From: a virus
Lineage: Duplodnaviria > Caudoviricetes
Length of the DNA: 41,757 bases
Reading direction: 5' to 3' (one strand)
Virus record (IMG/VR): IMGVR_UViG_3300020148_000042
Location: 1 to 41,757 of that record
Shown one piece after another: positions 24,102 to 31,944 of the stretch. The position numbers were made by a program, and so were the translations under genes. Each line of letters opens with the position of its first letter. Within the stretch, counting starts at the first letter, position 1. The notes beneath the pieces are model-generated. The model was not told where the DNA came from and ran no database searches. It was given only the letters and a program-made list of their open reading frames with translations.

Positions 24102-24902
24102 ATGGCTCATACCGAAGTTCAAACTTTCCAATTCCACGGTGATCGGCTCGGCACCTTCAAGGTGGGTGACGTGCCGCATGTGGCGATGCGACCCATCGTC
24201 GAGGGCATGGGGCTCGCCTGGCAGGGCCAGATCGACAAACTCAACGCCCAACCGCACAAATTCAACTGTCAGCATATCATGACGGTTGGTGCGGACGGTC
24301 GGCAGCGTCGCATGCTGGCTATGCCTATCGCGAAGCTGAACCTATGGCTGGCGACCATCAATCCGGCCAAGATCAAGGACGCCGCCAAGCGGGCCAAGGT
24401 CGAACTCTATCAAGAGGAATCCGCCCAAGCCCTATTCAACTACTGGAACAAGGGCGTGGCCATCCGCGATGACTACGAGGGTGTCGTCACCGATCTCGGG
24501 GCGGAAGTCCGTGCCGTCATCGGCGGGATCGTCAAGGCGGTCCTTCATAAGGAGATCGTCGAACTCGTTCCGGCGCTCGTCCGCTCCGAGATCGCGGCTT
24601 CGAGCATGGCGTTCCGCCACGGTCGTACCGCCGGCCAAATCTGGAAGGCTGCGGGCTTCCCGCGCATGAAGGTCACGAGCTGGTTCAGCAATCGGCTGTG
24701 CGAAATGGGATGCCAGCTTGAAGGCGGCGCCCGCGCCGAAATGGGTGGGCGGACCTACAAGATGTTCGACCCCGACAAAGCCGATCTATGGCTCAGGAAC
24801 GGGGGCCGGGCGATGGTCGAAAGCTACATCAGCCAGCGCGCCGGCCAGAAGGTGTTACGCCTCGTCGGCGTCGCGCCCAGCCACGCCAGTCAGCACGTCT
24901 GA
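24102..24902 (+). CDS. ant: Phage antirepressor (P22 Ant N-terminal domain)
   Basis: FHGDRL...PHVAMRPIVEGMGLAWQGQIDKL...LWLATINPAKIK...YQEESAQALFNYWNKG; GGAGG RBS. Confidence 0.92.
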   Translation: MAHTEVQTFQFHGDRLGTFKVGDVPHVAMRPIVEGMGLAWQGQIDKLNAQPHKFNCQHIMTVGADGRQRRMLAMPIAKLNLWLATINPAKIKDAAKRAKVELYQEESAQALFNYWNKGVAIRDDYEGVVTDLGAEVRAVIGGIVKAVLHKEIVELVPALVRSEIAASSMAFRHGRTAGQIWKAAGFPRMKVTSWFSNRLCEMGCQLEGGARAEMGGRTYKMFDPDKADLWLRNGGRAMVESYISQRAGQKVLRLVGVAPSHASQHV

Positions 24903-24912
24903 GCGCATCATC

Positions 24913-24938
24913 GGGCGATCCTTCGGGATCGCCCCTTC
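24913..24938 (+). terminator. Hairpin after the antirepressor gene
   Basis: GGGCGATCC-TTCG-GGATCGCCC. Confidence 0.65.
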
Positions 24939-25014
24939 AGCCGGTCAGTATTTGATCGCCAGATGACTCAATGAGCGCATTGTGTATAGTTTCCTCCAAT
25001 TGGGTGGGGGAAAA

Positions 25015-25914
25015 ATGCGCATTTTTGCTTACCGCGTCGTCCAGAAAGGACCGCGTGGACTTGAAGACGTACTGAGCAGACTGGCGGGATTGCCGCTTAA
25101 GGATAGAGTCTTTGACGGGGCGGCGAGCGGCATGCGCCTAGAGGACGCGCGCCTTATCCAGCACTTCATGCACGCAGATTTGGCGGTCCCCCGTACTGGG
25201 CACGGGCCGGGTAGGATGGGGCTAGACGCGCCTCTTGCTGACATCGAAATGGCAAAGGATGAGGCGTTCGGAGAAGACGCGGGCTTGGTCTACGACCCGG
25301 CATCGGGATATCTCGCTCTCCAATACAATCATGTCGGCCCGCGCATTGGGAGAATCCAGAGCTACCTTGCGGCCGCGGACTTGAGCTTCGGCGAACTGGG
25401 CCCGGCGCAACCGGGTCAATCGGATTGGGACAGATGTGGGTTCACGTTTGGCGCCGTACTTCGACCAGACGCCTACCGTAGGCTTAGGCAGATGGGAATC
25501 GTGAGGAAGCTGGAATTTTCCGTGAGCCTGCCGGGCGCCCTTGCGGAGGATCGCGATCTTGGGCGGAGCTTAAATCAGGTTCTGAATGCCCCACTTCCTG
25601 ATGGGATCGAAACTCTTGAGGTGACCATGAAGGCGGCTCCACAACGAGATAGCAGGCTTGGGCGAAATCCCGCGATGGCCATCGTTGAGGGCCTTCAAGC
25701 TATTGCCCCGTGGGTAAAGAAGGCACAGGTGTCCGGCCGTCGTGATGAGGACTCGTCATCGGAAGAAGTAGACCTAGTCCAAGAGCGGCTGTCGCGAGAT
25801 TCGCTGGTTGCTGTCGGGCCAGGACAGCGCTTGCCGCGGACTGATCGTTGGACCGCTTTGGCAACCGCGCTTCGCGACTGGCTGGCAAATGGCGACCTAG
25901 AGGTAGGCAGGTGA
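25015..25914 (+). CDS. DUF6731-like soluble protein (candidate RexA/KwaB-type sensor)
   Basis: ~300 aa; LVYDPASGYLALQYNHVGP motif; codon usage atypical for the phage; coupled to a 4-TM gene. Confidence 0.65.
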   Translation: MRIFAYRVVQKGPRGLEDVLSRLAGLPLKDRVFDGAASGMRLEDARLIQHFMHADLAVPRTGHGPGRMGLDAPLADIEMAKDEAFGEDAGLVYDPASGYLALQYNHVGPRIGRIQSYLAAADLSFGELGPAQPGQSDWDRCGFTFGAVLRPDAYRRLRQMGIVRKLEFSVSLPGALAEDRDLGRSLNQVLNAPLPDGIETLEVTMKAAPQRDSRLGRNPAMAIVEGLQAIAPWVKKAQVSGRRDEDSSSEEVDLVQERLSRDSLVAVGPGQRLPRTDRWTALATALRDWLANGDLEVGR

Positions 25915-26342
25915 CAGCCCTCGCCCTGGAGCGCTGGTGGCCCTACGCCCTAACGGCAATTGGAACGGCGCTTTGGTATTGGCCGCTCAATGCCGCATTC
26001 CCTGCGAATGCGACAGACTTGATGTTGGCGACAGGCCCAACTGCTGCGGTTCTCGTCGGGTTTGTGGCGACTGTGATGGCAATCGTTCTTACGATAACGG
26101 GCTCGCCCGTGTTTAGGGCTTTGCGTAAGGCGGGATACCACCACGACCTCTTTCGATATCTGTTTGAGGCGGCATTGTGGGGTATGGTGTTTCTTAGCCT
26201 GTCCCTGATCGGATTCTTCGTCTCGACAGAGAAGGCAACTCCCGTATGGTTTGAAGCAGCGTGGGTGGCGGCGGCATTCGCTACCCTGTGGACCTTCGTT
26301 CGCGTGTTCCAGATCGTCTTCAAGCTCTTGAAGCAGGCGTGA
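25911..26342 (+). CDS. Four-TM membrane protein (candidate RexB/KwaA-type effector)
   Basis: GTGA overlap with the upstream stop; four hydrophobic segments in 143 aa. Confidence 0.8.
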   Translation: MTALALERWWPYALTAIGTALWYWPLNAAFPANATDLMLATGPTAAVLVGFVATVMAIVLTITGSPVFRALRKAGYHHDLFRYLFEAALWGMVFLSLSLIGFFVSTEKATPVWFEAAWVAAAFATLWTFVRVFQIVFKLLKQA

Positions 26343-26400
26343 AGGTACCGTCTTCCCTGGAAGTCAGCTACTCAAACCTCTCTGTAGTGCTGTAGAGGGG

Positions 26401-26604
26401 CTACTTGAACAGCTTCGACAGCAGCGACCAGAGGCTCACCGAGCTACGCGAATAGACCCGGTTGTAGGCGGCACGCTTGGGATTGGTCAGCCAGCCATAG
26501 CCCTTCGGTGCCTTAATGCCGAGGTTGTGCCGCACTATGCGTTTGAGAGACGTGCGAGCAGCGAAGCTCTTCTTGAGGCTGGGTCTACGGACGCCGAATT
26601 TCAT
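26401..26604 (-). CDS. Small basic phage protein
   Basis: GAGG RBS; MKFGVRRPSLKKSFAARTS...GYGWLTNPKRAAYNRVY, a recognisable prophage family of unknown function. Confidence 0.8.
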   Translation of the reverse strand: MKFGVRRPSLKKSFAARTSLKRIVRHNLGIKAPKGYGWLTNPKRAAYNRVYSRSSVSLWSLLSKLFK

Positions 26605-26611
26605 TGTACCC

Positions 26612-27013
26612 TCAATAGCAGTAGCTGTGATCGACGTAGGTCTTGTTGCCGTTCGAGTTGATGTAATAGCAGCCTCCGCGCGGCCCGGTGATGTAGCGTC
26701 TGGAGGTAGCACGGCTGGGGGTGCTGACAGACCGACCGGAGTACAGAGCGGTTGGAACTGATGTTGTGGACGTGATGGCTCTTGTGGCACCGGAGCCGAA
26801 TCTACTCCAGCCCTCAGCCCGTGCCATCTGGTCCATGCAAGCGTCGAATGCCGGGGTCTCTGGCTCGATCTGCCGCAGCCGACATGCGGTGTACCAGTCG
26901 TAGACGTCCTGCGAGGCTGGCGCACTGACGCTGGCGGAATAGTAAGGCTTTGGCGTTGCCGTGCAGCCAGTCAGAAATATTGAAGCAGCAAGAACAAATA
27001 AGTATCTCATCAT
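26612..27013 (-). CDS. Lipoprotein
   Basis: GGAGG RBS; lipobox FLTG-C; C-terminal YITGPRGGCYYINSNGNKTYV. Confidence 0.8.
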   Translation of the reverse strand: MMRYLFVLAASIFLTGCTATPKPYYSASVSAPASQDVYDWYTACRLRQIEPETPAFDACMDQMARAEGWSRFGSGATRAITSTTSVPTALYSGRSVSTPSRATSRRYITGPRGGCYYINSNGNKTYVDHSYCY

Positions 27014-27077
27014 GAATGCCTCCCCCAAGCTAAATGAAGCACCGGGAGAGAGCGGTGTCGAGTCGGAGGCTGCCACG

Positions 27078-27335
27078 ATGAACAGAGCAGAAAGGCGCCG
27101 TAGTGCAGCCGAGGCGCGCACCAATCCGGTTCGCCTGAAGTGTGGTGTGTGCGAGAGCAATGAGTTCGTGTACCGCGTTGAGCCGCTGACGGACACCAGC
27201 GAGATATTCTGCGGTGGCTGTGGCCGGGCAATCGCGACCTATGCAAAAATCCGATCCAGCATCCGCTTCTCGCGCCGAGAGGGCGGTACGCTTGAGGGGC
27301 ATGGGGCCGAGTTCAAGCCAGTGTATAGAGCGTGA
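27078..27335 (+). CDS. Zn-ribbon protein
   Basis: GGAGG RBS, ATG 27078; CGVC...CGGC. Confidence 0.65.
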   Translation: MNRAERRRSAAEARTNPVRLKCGVCESNEFVYRVEPLTDTSEIFCGGCGRAIATYAKIRSSIRFSRREGGTLEGHGAEFKPVYRA

Positions 27336-27372
27336 AATTGCGCTCTACCGCAGGTAAGTTTGGAAACGAAAG

Positions 27373-27762
27373 CTAGTCGAGCCGTCTGTTTTGCTCGGTG
27401 CTGATCGCCCCCCGCTCATCGAGGTAGAGCCGGAAGCCTGATACGCAGTCCACGTAGACGCGCAGGTTGCCGGACGTTGATCCTTCTGGTGAATATTCTG
27501 ACCATGCCACCCGGTCGCAAGCCTCGCGCTCCGCCGCCGCTTTGGCACCTTTCTTTCGCAACTCAACTAGGTCAACGGTGACCCGTTCTGGGTTGCTCGG
27601 AAACATGGCAAATACTGAAGGCCATTCGTCCTTATCGTAAGGGCCGAAATCAACATCTGCCAGCTTTGCGGCGACTTGCTCTGGAGTTGGCTGATACGCC
27701 GCGCTGCAACCGACCAGGCCGAAGGCGGCCAAGGTAGCCACCAAAATTCCAATAGCCCGCAA
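27373..27762 (-). CDS. Lipoprotein (possible superinfection exclusion)
   Basis: Lipobox LVG-C after a hydrophobic signal; divergent from the tape measure gene. Confidence 0.75.
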   Translation of the reverse strand: MRAIGILVATLAAFGLVGCSAAYQPTPEQVAAKLADVDFGPYDKDEWPSVFAMFPSNPERVTVDLVELRKKGAKAAAEREACDRVAWSEYSPEGSTSGNLRVYVDCVSGFRLYLDERGAISTEQNRRLD

Positions 27763-27814
27763 CGCTTTTGCCCCCCGTCTAGTACGTGACGAGGCTATCT
27801 CATGAGGTTTCGCG

Positions 27815-30046
27815 ATGGAAGAGATCGCTCGGTTGGTGCTGTCGGTTGACTCCGGTCAAGTTGATCGAGGAAAGAGGTCGCTACGAGAATTTGACGAACA
27901 GGCGGCCCGGACTGATCGCACCGTAAAAGGACTTGAGGCAACAACCGCGCTGTTGACCCGCGCGATGGGCATCCTGGGCGTCTATCTAGGCGGCCGGCAG
28001 TTGGTCAATATGACCTCGCAGTGGACGGACCTCACGAGCCGGGTGCGCAACGCAATCGCCCCCCATGAGGCCGTCGCCGATGTCATGTCGCGCCTGGTCG
28101 ATATGGCTGACCGCACTTGGTCAAGTCTCGAAAACACAGCTGAGAGCTATCTGCTGAATGCCAACGCACTCAGAGAGCTTGGGTACAGCACGTCGCAGCA
28201 GCTCAGTTTTACAGAAGCGCTGAACAACGCCCTTGTGATCTCCGGCGCAAAAGGTGACCGCGCGGCGAGTGTGATGAATGCGTTGTCGAAGGCCATCGGT
28301 CTCGGAAAGCTTAGCGGTGAGAATCTCAATACGGTTCTAGCTACGGGCGGTCGCGTATCGGAAGCACTAGCTGACGGGCTTGGAATCTCGACGCTTCAAC
28401 TGCGGAAGCTGGGCGCCGAAGGTAAGCTGACAACCACAAAAGTGATCGAAGCACTAGTCTCGCAGCTTGAAAAGCTACGTGAGGAGGCGGATCGCATGCC
28501 GCCGACGATCGCTGACGCACTTCAGAAGATCGATAATGCTCTGCTAGAAACCGTGGGCAGGCTGGACGAAGCGACAGGCGCGTCAGCAGCCATCGCCGAC
28601 GGCCTTGTGTTTGTCGCAGAGAATGCCGAGGCACTGATACCTATCATCGGGGGGCTCGCAACAGTCATTGCAGTTTCTCTGGTGCCGGGGATTGTCGCAT
28701 TTTCGGCCGCGCTTCTGGGTAGCCCCATCGGTCTTGCCGCCATTGCGCTTGGCGTACTGGCAGGTGCGATAATTTCTGTTTGGAACGAGCAGCGTCTGGC
28801 TGCCCAGGCGGCAGAAGAGCATTCGGCTGCGCTCACTACTAACGCGACGCAGATCGAGGCGGCCAAGACTGCTTCTGCTGAGTTCCGTGCTGAGCTTCGC
28901 AAGAACATTGAGGTTCAGCTTGCCGCCGCTGATGCGGCGCTTGCCGAGGCCGAGGCGCAGCGGAAAGCAGCAATGACGCGGTGGGCAACCGGCAGCCTCT
29001 TCGACACGGTTCTCTCCGGGCAGGCGTGGGATTTCATCGTCAACGGCAATGAGCCGGATGCGCCCCAGAGAGCCGCCGTCGATGCCGCATCTCAGCGCAT
29101 CGCCGACCTCCGCAAGCAGCTTACGGAACTCGACACTATCATTTCCACGGTGCCCCCTGGCAGCAGCGACAAGCCTACAATACCAACTGACCCGACGAAG
29201 GATCAGATCAAGGCCGCCAAGGACTACAAGAAGCTGCTCACCGATGCTCGCCAGTTCATCGCCTCCCAGGAACTTGAAGCCCGCGCCCTCGGCATGACCG
29301 AGCAGGCTGCCGCGGCGCTGCGCTATGAACAAGAGCTGCTGAACAAGGCGGCGAACCAGAACATCAAGCTCTCGCCTGCGATGCGGAATGAGCTATCGGC
29401 CGTCGCCCAGGCTATGGCCGAAGCCGAAGAGCGCACCCGTAAGCTCACCGAAGCCTACGACTTCGGCAAACAGGTGTTCGGCTCGTTCTTCTCCGATCTC
29501 AAGTCCGAGTTGATGAATGGAACGAGCCTGTGGGGCAGCTTCGCGAGCGCCGCGGCTAAGGCACTGGACTCCATCGCGGACAGAGCCTTGAGCATGGCGG
29601 CCAACGGGATCTTCGACATGATCTTCGGCGCGGTGATGGGGGGGTTGGGTGGCGCCCTCACCGGAAGTGCAGCCGGCTTCACCTACGGCCCCAATACCTT
29701 TTTCGATCCGTGGGGCGGCTTTCGGGCCGGTGGTGGCGATGTGCAGGCGGGTAAGGCCTACATCGTGGGCGAGCAACGGCCGGAGCTGTTCGTCCCGAAG
29801 ACGGATGGGTTCATCCTTCCCCGCGTCCCCTCGTTCGCCAACCAGAACGCTCCGTCGGCGGCCAATGGCAACGTGCAACTCACCGTCGTCGTCCAAGGCG
29901 CTAATGGTGGCGATGACCTTGAGACCCGCGCCTATCGCGGTGCTCAACGGGCGCTCAACGAGTATCGCCGCTTCATGTTGCAGGACGACATCAGAGCTAC
30001 CCTCGACGATCCGTTCGCGCGAGGGAATCTGAGGTCGATAGCTTAG
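27815..30046 (+). CDS. Tail tape measure protein
   Basis: N-terminal tape-measure domain, long Ala-rich helices, C-terminal GFRAGGGDVQAGKAYIVGEQRPELFVP. Confidence 0.95.
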   Translation: MEEIARLVLSVDSGQVDRGKRSLREFDEQAARTDRTVKGLEATTALLTRAMGILGVYLGGRQLVNMTSQWTDLTSRVRNAIAPHEAVADVMSRLVDMADRTWSSLENTAESYLLNANALRELGYSTSQQLSFTEALNNALVISGAKGDRAASVMNALSKAIGLGKLSGENLNTVLATGGRVSEALADGLGISTLQLRKLGAEGKLTTTKVIEALVSQLEKLREEADRMPPTIADALQKIDNALLETVGRLDEATGASAAIADGLVFVAENAEALIPIIGGLATVIAVSLVPGIVAFSAALLGSPIGLAAIALGVLAGAIISVWNEQRLAAQAAEEHSAALTTNATQIEAAKTASAEFRAELRKNIEVQLAAADAALAEAEAQRKAAMTRWATGSLFDTVLSGQAWDFIVNGNEPDAPQRAAVDAASQRIADLRKQLTELDTIISTVPPGSSDKPTIPTDPTKDQIKAAKDYKKLLTDARQFIASQELEARALGMTEQAAAALRYEQELLNKAANQNIKLSPAMRNELSAVAQAMAEAEERTRKLTEAYDFGKQVFGSFFSDLKSELMNGTSLWGSFASAAAKALDSIADRALSMAANGIFDMIFGAVMGGLGGALTGSAAGFTYGPNTFFDPWGGFRAGGGDVQAGKAYIVGEQRPELFVPKTDGFILPRVPSFANQNAPSAANGNVQLTVVVQGANGGDDLETRAYRGAQRALNEYRRFMLQDDIRATLDDPFARGNLRSIA

Positions 30047-30059
30047 ACGGCAGCAACAG

Positions 30060-30710
30060 ATGACGGCGACATTCCCTCTGCCACTTCCAAGCCTCAACGA
30101 TCTTCTCACGATCACCTCTGGTCTTTGGAAGCCGCTACGCTTCGAGGAGACCTCCGGTCTTGGAACATCCGAGTTCTTGACCGCCGAGCTTGCGCCGATG
30201 GTGTGGGCTTCGGATGTTGAGCTTGCTCCGATGTACATGGAGGACTTTCGTCGCCTGCGAGCTCGGATCATGCTTCTTGACGGGGCGACCAATACGTTCC
30301 TCTTTGCCTCACCCGAAGCACGGGCGCCGCAAGCCGACCCCGAAGGCACCGTTCTTGGCGCCAGTGCGGTGAAGATCAAAAGCATTGGAGCCAGCAATAA
30401 GACGTTGAGCCTCAAGGGCTTGCCTGCTGGTTACGTCATCACCGAAGGGGACTTCCTTGGCACGACCTATGCAAGCAGCCGTCGCGGCCTATATGTGGCG
30501 TGCGCCACGGTGACCGCGGATGGCAGCGGAGAGACGGGCGAGTTTGAGGTGAGGGGCCACATTCGCCCCGGCACCGTGGCTAACGATGCCGTCTCGCTGG
30601 CGCCCCCGGTGGCCAAGGTGAAGATCGAAACCGAAAGTCTAGATTGGAGCGGCAGCGGCATGCACATCGCTGCCCGATTCCGGGTGCGCCAAACCTTGCG
30701 GGCTGGATGA
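30060..30710 (+). CDS. Distal tail/minor tail protein
   Basis: Follows the TMP; LKGLPAGYVITEGDFL...TADGSGETGEFEV. Confidence 0.8.
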   Translation: MTATFPLPLPSLNDLLTITSGLWKPLRFEETSGLGTSEFLTAELAPMVWASDVELAPMYMEDFRRLRARIMLLDGATNTFLFASPEARAPQADPEGTVLGASAVKIKSIGASNKTLSLKGLPAGYVITEGDFLGTTYASSRRGLYVACATVTADGSGETGEFEVRGHIRPGTVANDAVSLAPPVAKVKIETESLDWSGSGMHIAARFRVRQTLRAG

Positions 30711-31220
30711 CTAACTTGGCCAAGCAGGCCAGCCAATGACCGAGGCCAGTAGGTTGTAGAACAGCAATGCAACAGCGGCCAGCGCAGAAAGCACACAGAT
30801 CGAAAGAGAGACGACCCAGATCGCAATCTGTCGTGGTGTCGATGACTTGCGCTTTCGCTCCATTTCGTAAGTCTGAAAGTCGGCGAGCAACTCGACGTTG
30901 GAACGGGGCGGGTTCACCAGCTTGCTGAGACCCATCATTTGGGTGGCGCCGAGTATCATTTTGTAGATTTCGTAGCATACGAAAACCACCAGCGAGAGAG
31001 CCAGCAGCAGAGCCACGGCGATGGTTGCCGCTCGGCTCAAGAACTCGCTGACAAACGCCCAAATCGAAAACATGCCAGCATACCCTGCCACGACGATGAG
31101 GCTGGTGTAGGCGGCTGCCTTGTCAAAGAGAGCGGATGTCATGTTCACAATGAGATCAGTGGTGATCTTGGCCGCTCGCTCCTCCGGGTTGTCTTCCTCG
31201 GACTTCCATCCTGACGACAT
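30711..31220 (-). CDS. Antisense membrane-protein moron (3 TM)
   Basis: GGGGGGAG RBS before ATG 31220; AAAYTSLIVVAGYAGMFSIW and two further hydrophobic helices; lower GC. Confidence 0.75.
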   Translation of the reverse strand: MSSGWKSEEDNPEERAAKITTDLIVNMTSALFDKAAAYTSLIVVAGYAGMFSIWAFVSEFLSRAATIAVALLLALSLVVFVCYEIYKMILGATQMMGLSKLVNPPRSNVELLADFQTYEMERKRKSSTPRQIAIWVVSLSICVLSALAAVALLFYNLLASVIGWPAWPS

Positions 31221-31317
31221 TCTGCTTCTCCCCCCAAACCTGTTCGGCTTCATCGTCTATTTGCCGTTTCTCTGGCGCCGAAAGCATCGCGCCAAGCCTG
31301 CCGGGAGTCGATAGCCA

Positions 31318-31938
31318 ATGGTCCGACCCCTCGATGTAGCGACGCAGGGCGCCATCCGCACCCGCGATGCAATCCTGCCGCGCAACCTCATTGTCGCTAC
31401 GGCAAAGAACCGCTCGACCGGCGCACCTTCTGTGCGGTGCTTCTGGGATGACGCAGAGACTGTTGCCGTCAATGTGCTCGACGAGGATGGCGACGTGATC
31501 AACCACACCTTCGTGGGTGACGGCGCCGTGCTCGGAATGGACGCCATCCCGATGCGGATCGGCCTCGAAGTTCGCACCATCGAGATCACCATGAGCGCAT
31601 TGCACCCCGAAGTGCAGGCGCTGGTGCGAGGCGATGACGCACGCGGCGCCAAGGTCGAGATCTATCGCGGCCTGCTCGACACCTCGTCGCACCTGCTGGT
31701 GGCCAATCCGCGCATCCGATTCCTCGGCCGCATCAACGAAACGCCGATCTCTACTGCCGCGGCTGGCGGCGAAAGCACGGTGACGCTGCGGGTAGTGAGC
31801 CACACGCGCGAGCTGACCCGCACTAACCCGGCCCGTAAGTCGGACGAGCAACAGAAGCTCAGGAGCGGGGACCGCTTCCGCCGCTACACCGGTGTGGCGG
31901 GCGACTGGCCCATCTTCTGGGGCGAACAGCAGGGGTAG
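31318..31938 (+). CDS. Minor tail (tip) protein
   Basis: Synteny; C-terminal KSDEQQKLRSGDRFRRY...IFWG. Confidence 0.8.
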   Translation: MVRPLDVATQGAIRTRDAILPRNLIVATAKNRSTGAPSVRCFWDDAETVAVNVLDEDGDVINHTFVGDGAVLGMDAIPMRIGLEVRTIEITMSALHPEVQALVRGDDARGAKVEIYRGLLDTSSHLLVANPRIRFLGRINETPISTAAAGGESTVTLRVVSHTRELTRTNPARKSDEQQKLRSGDRFRRYTGVAGDWPIFWGEQQG

Positions 31939-31944
31939 CCCAGC

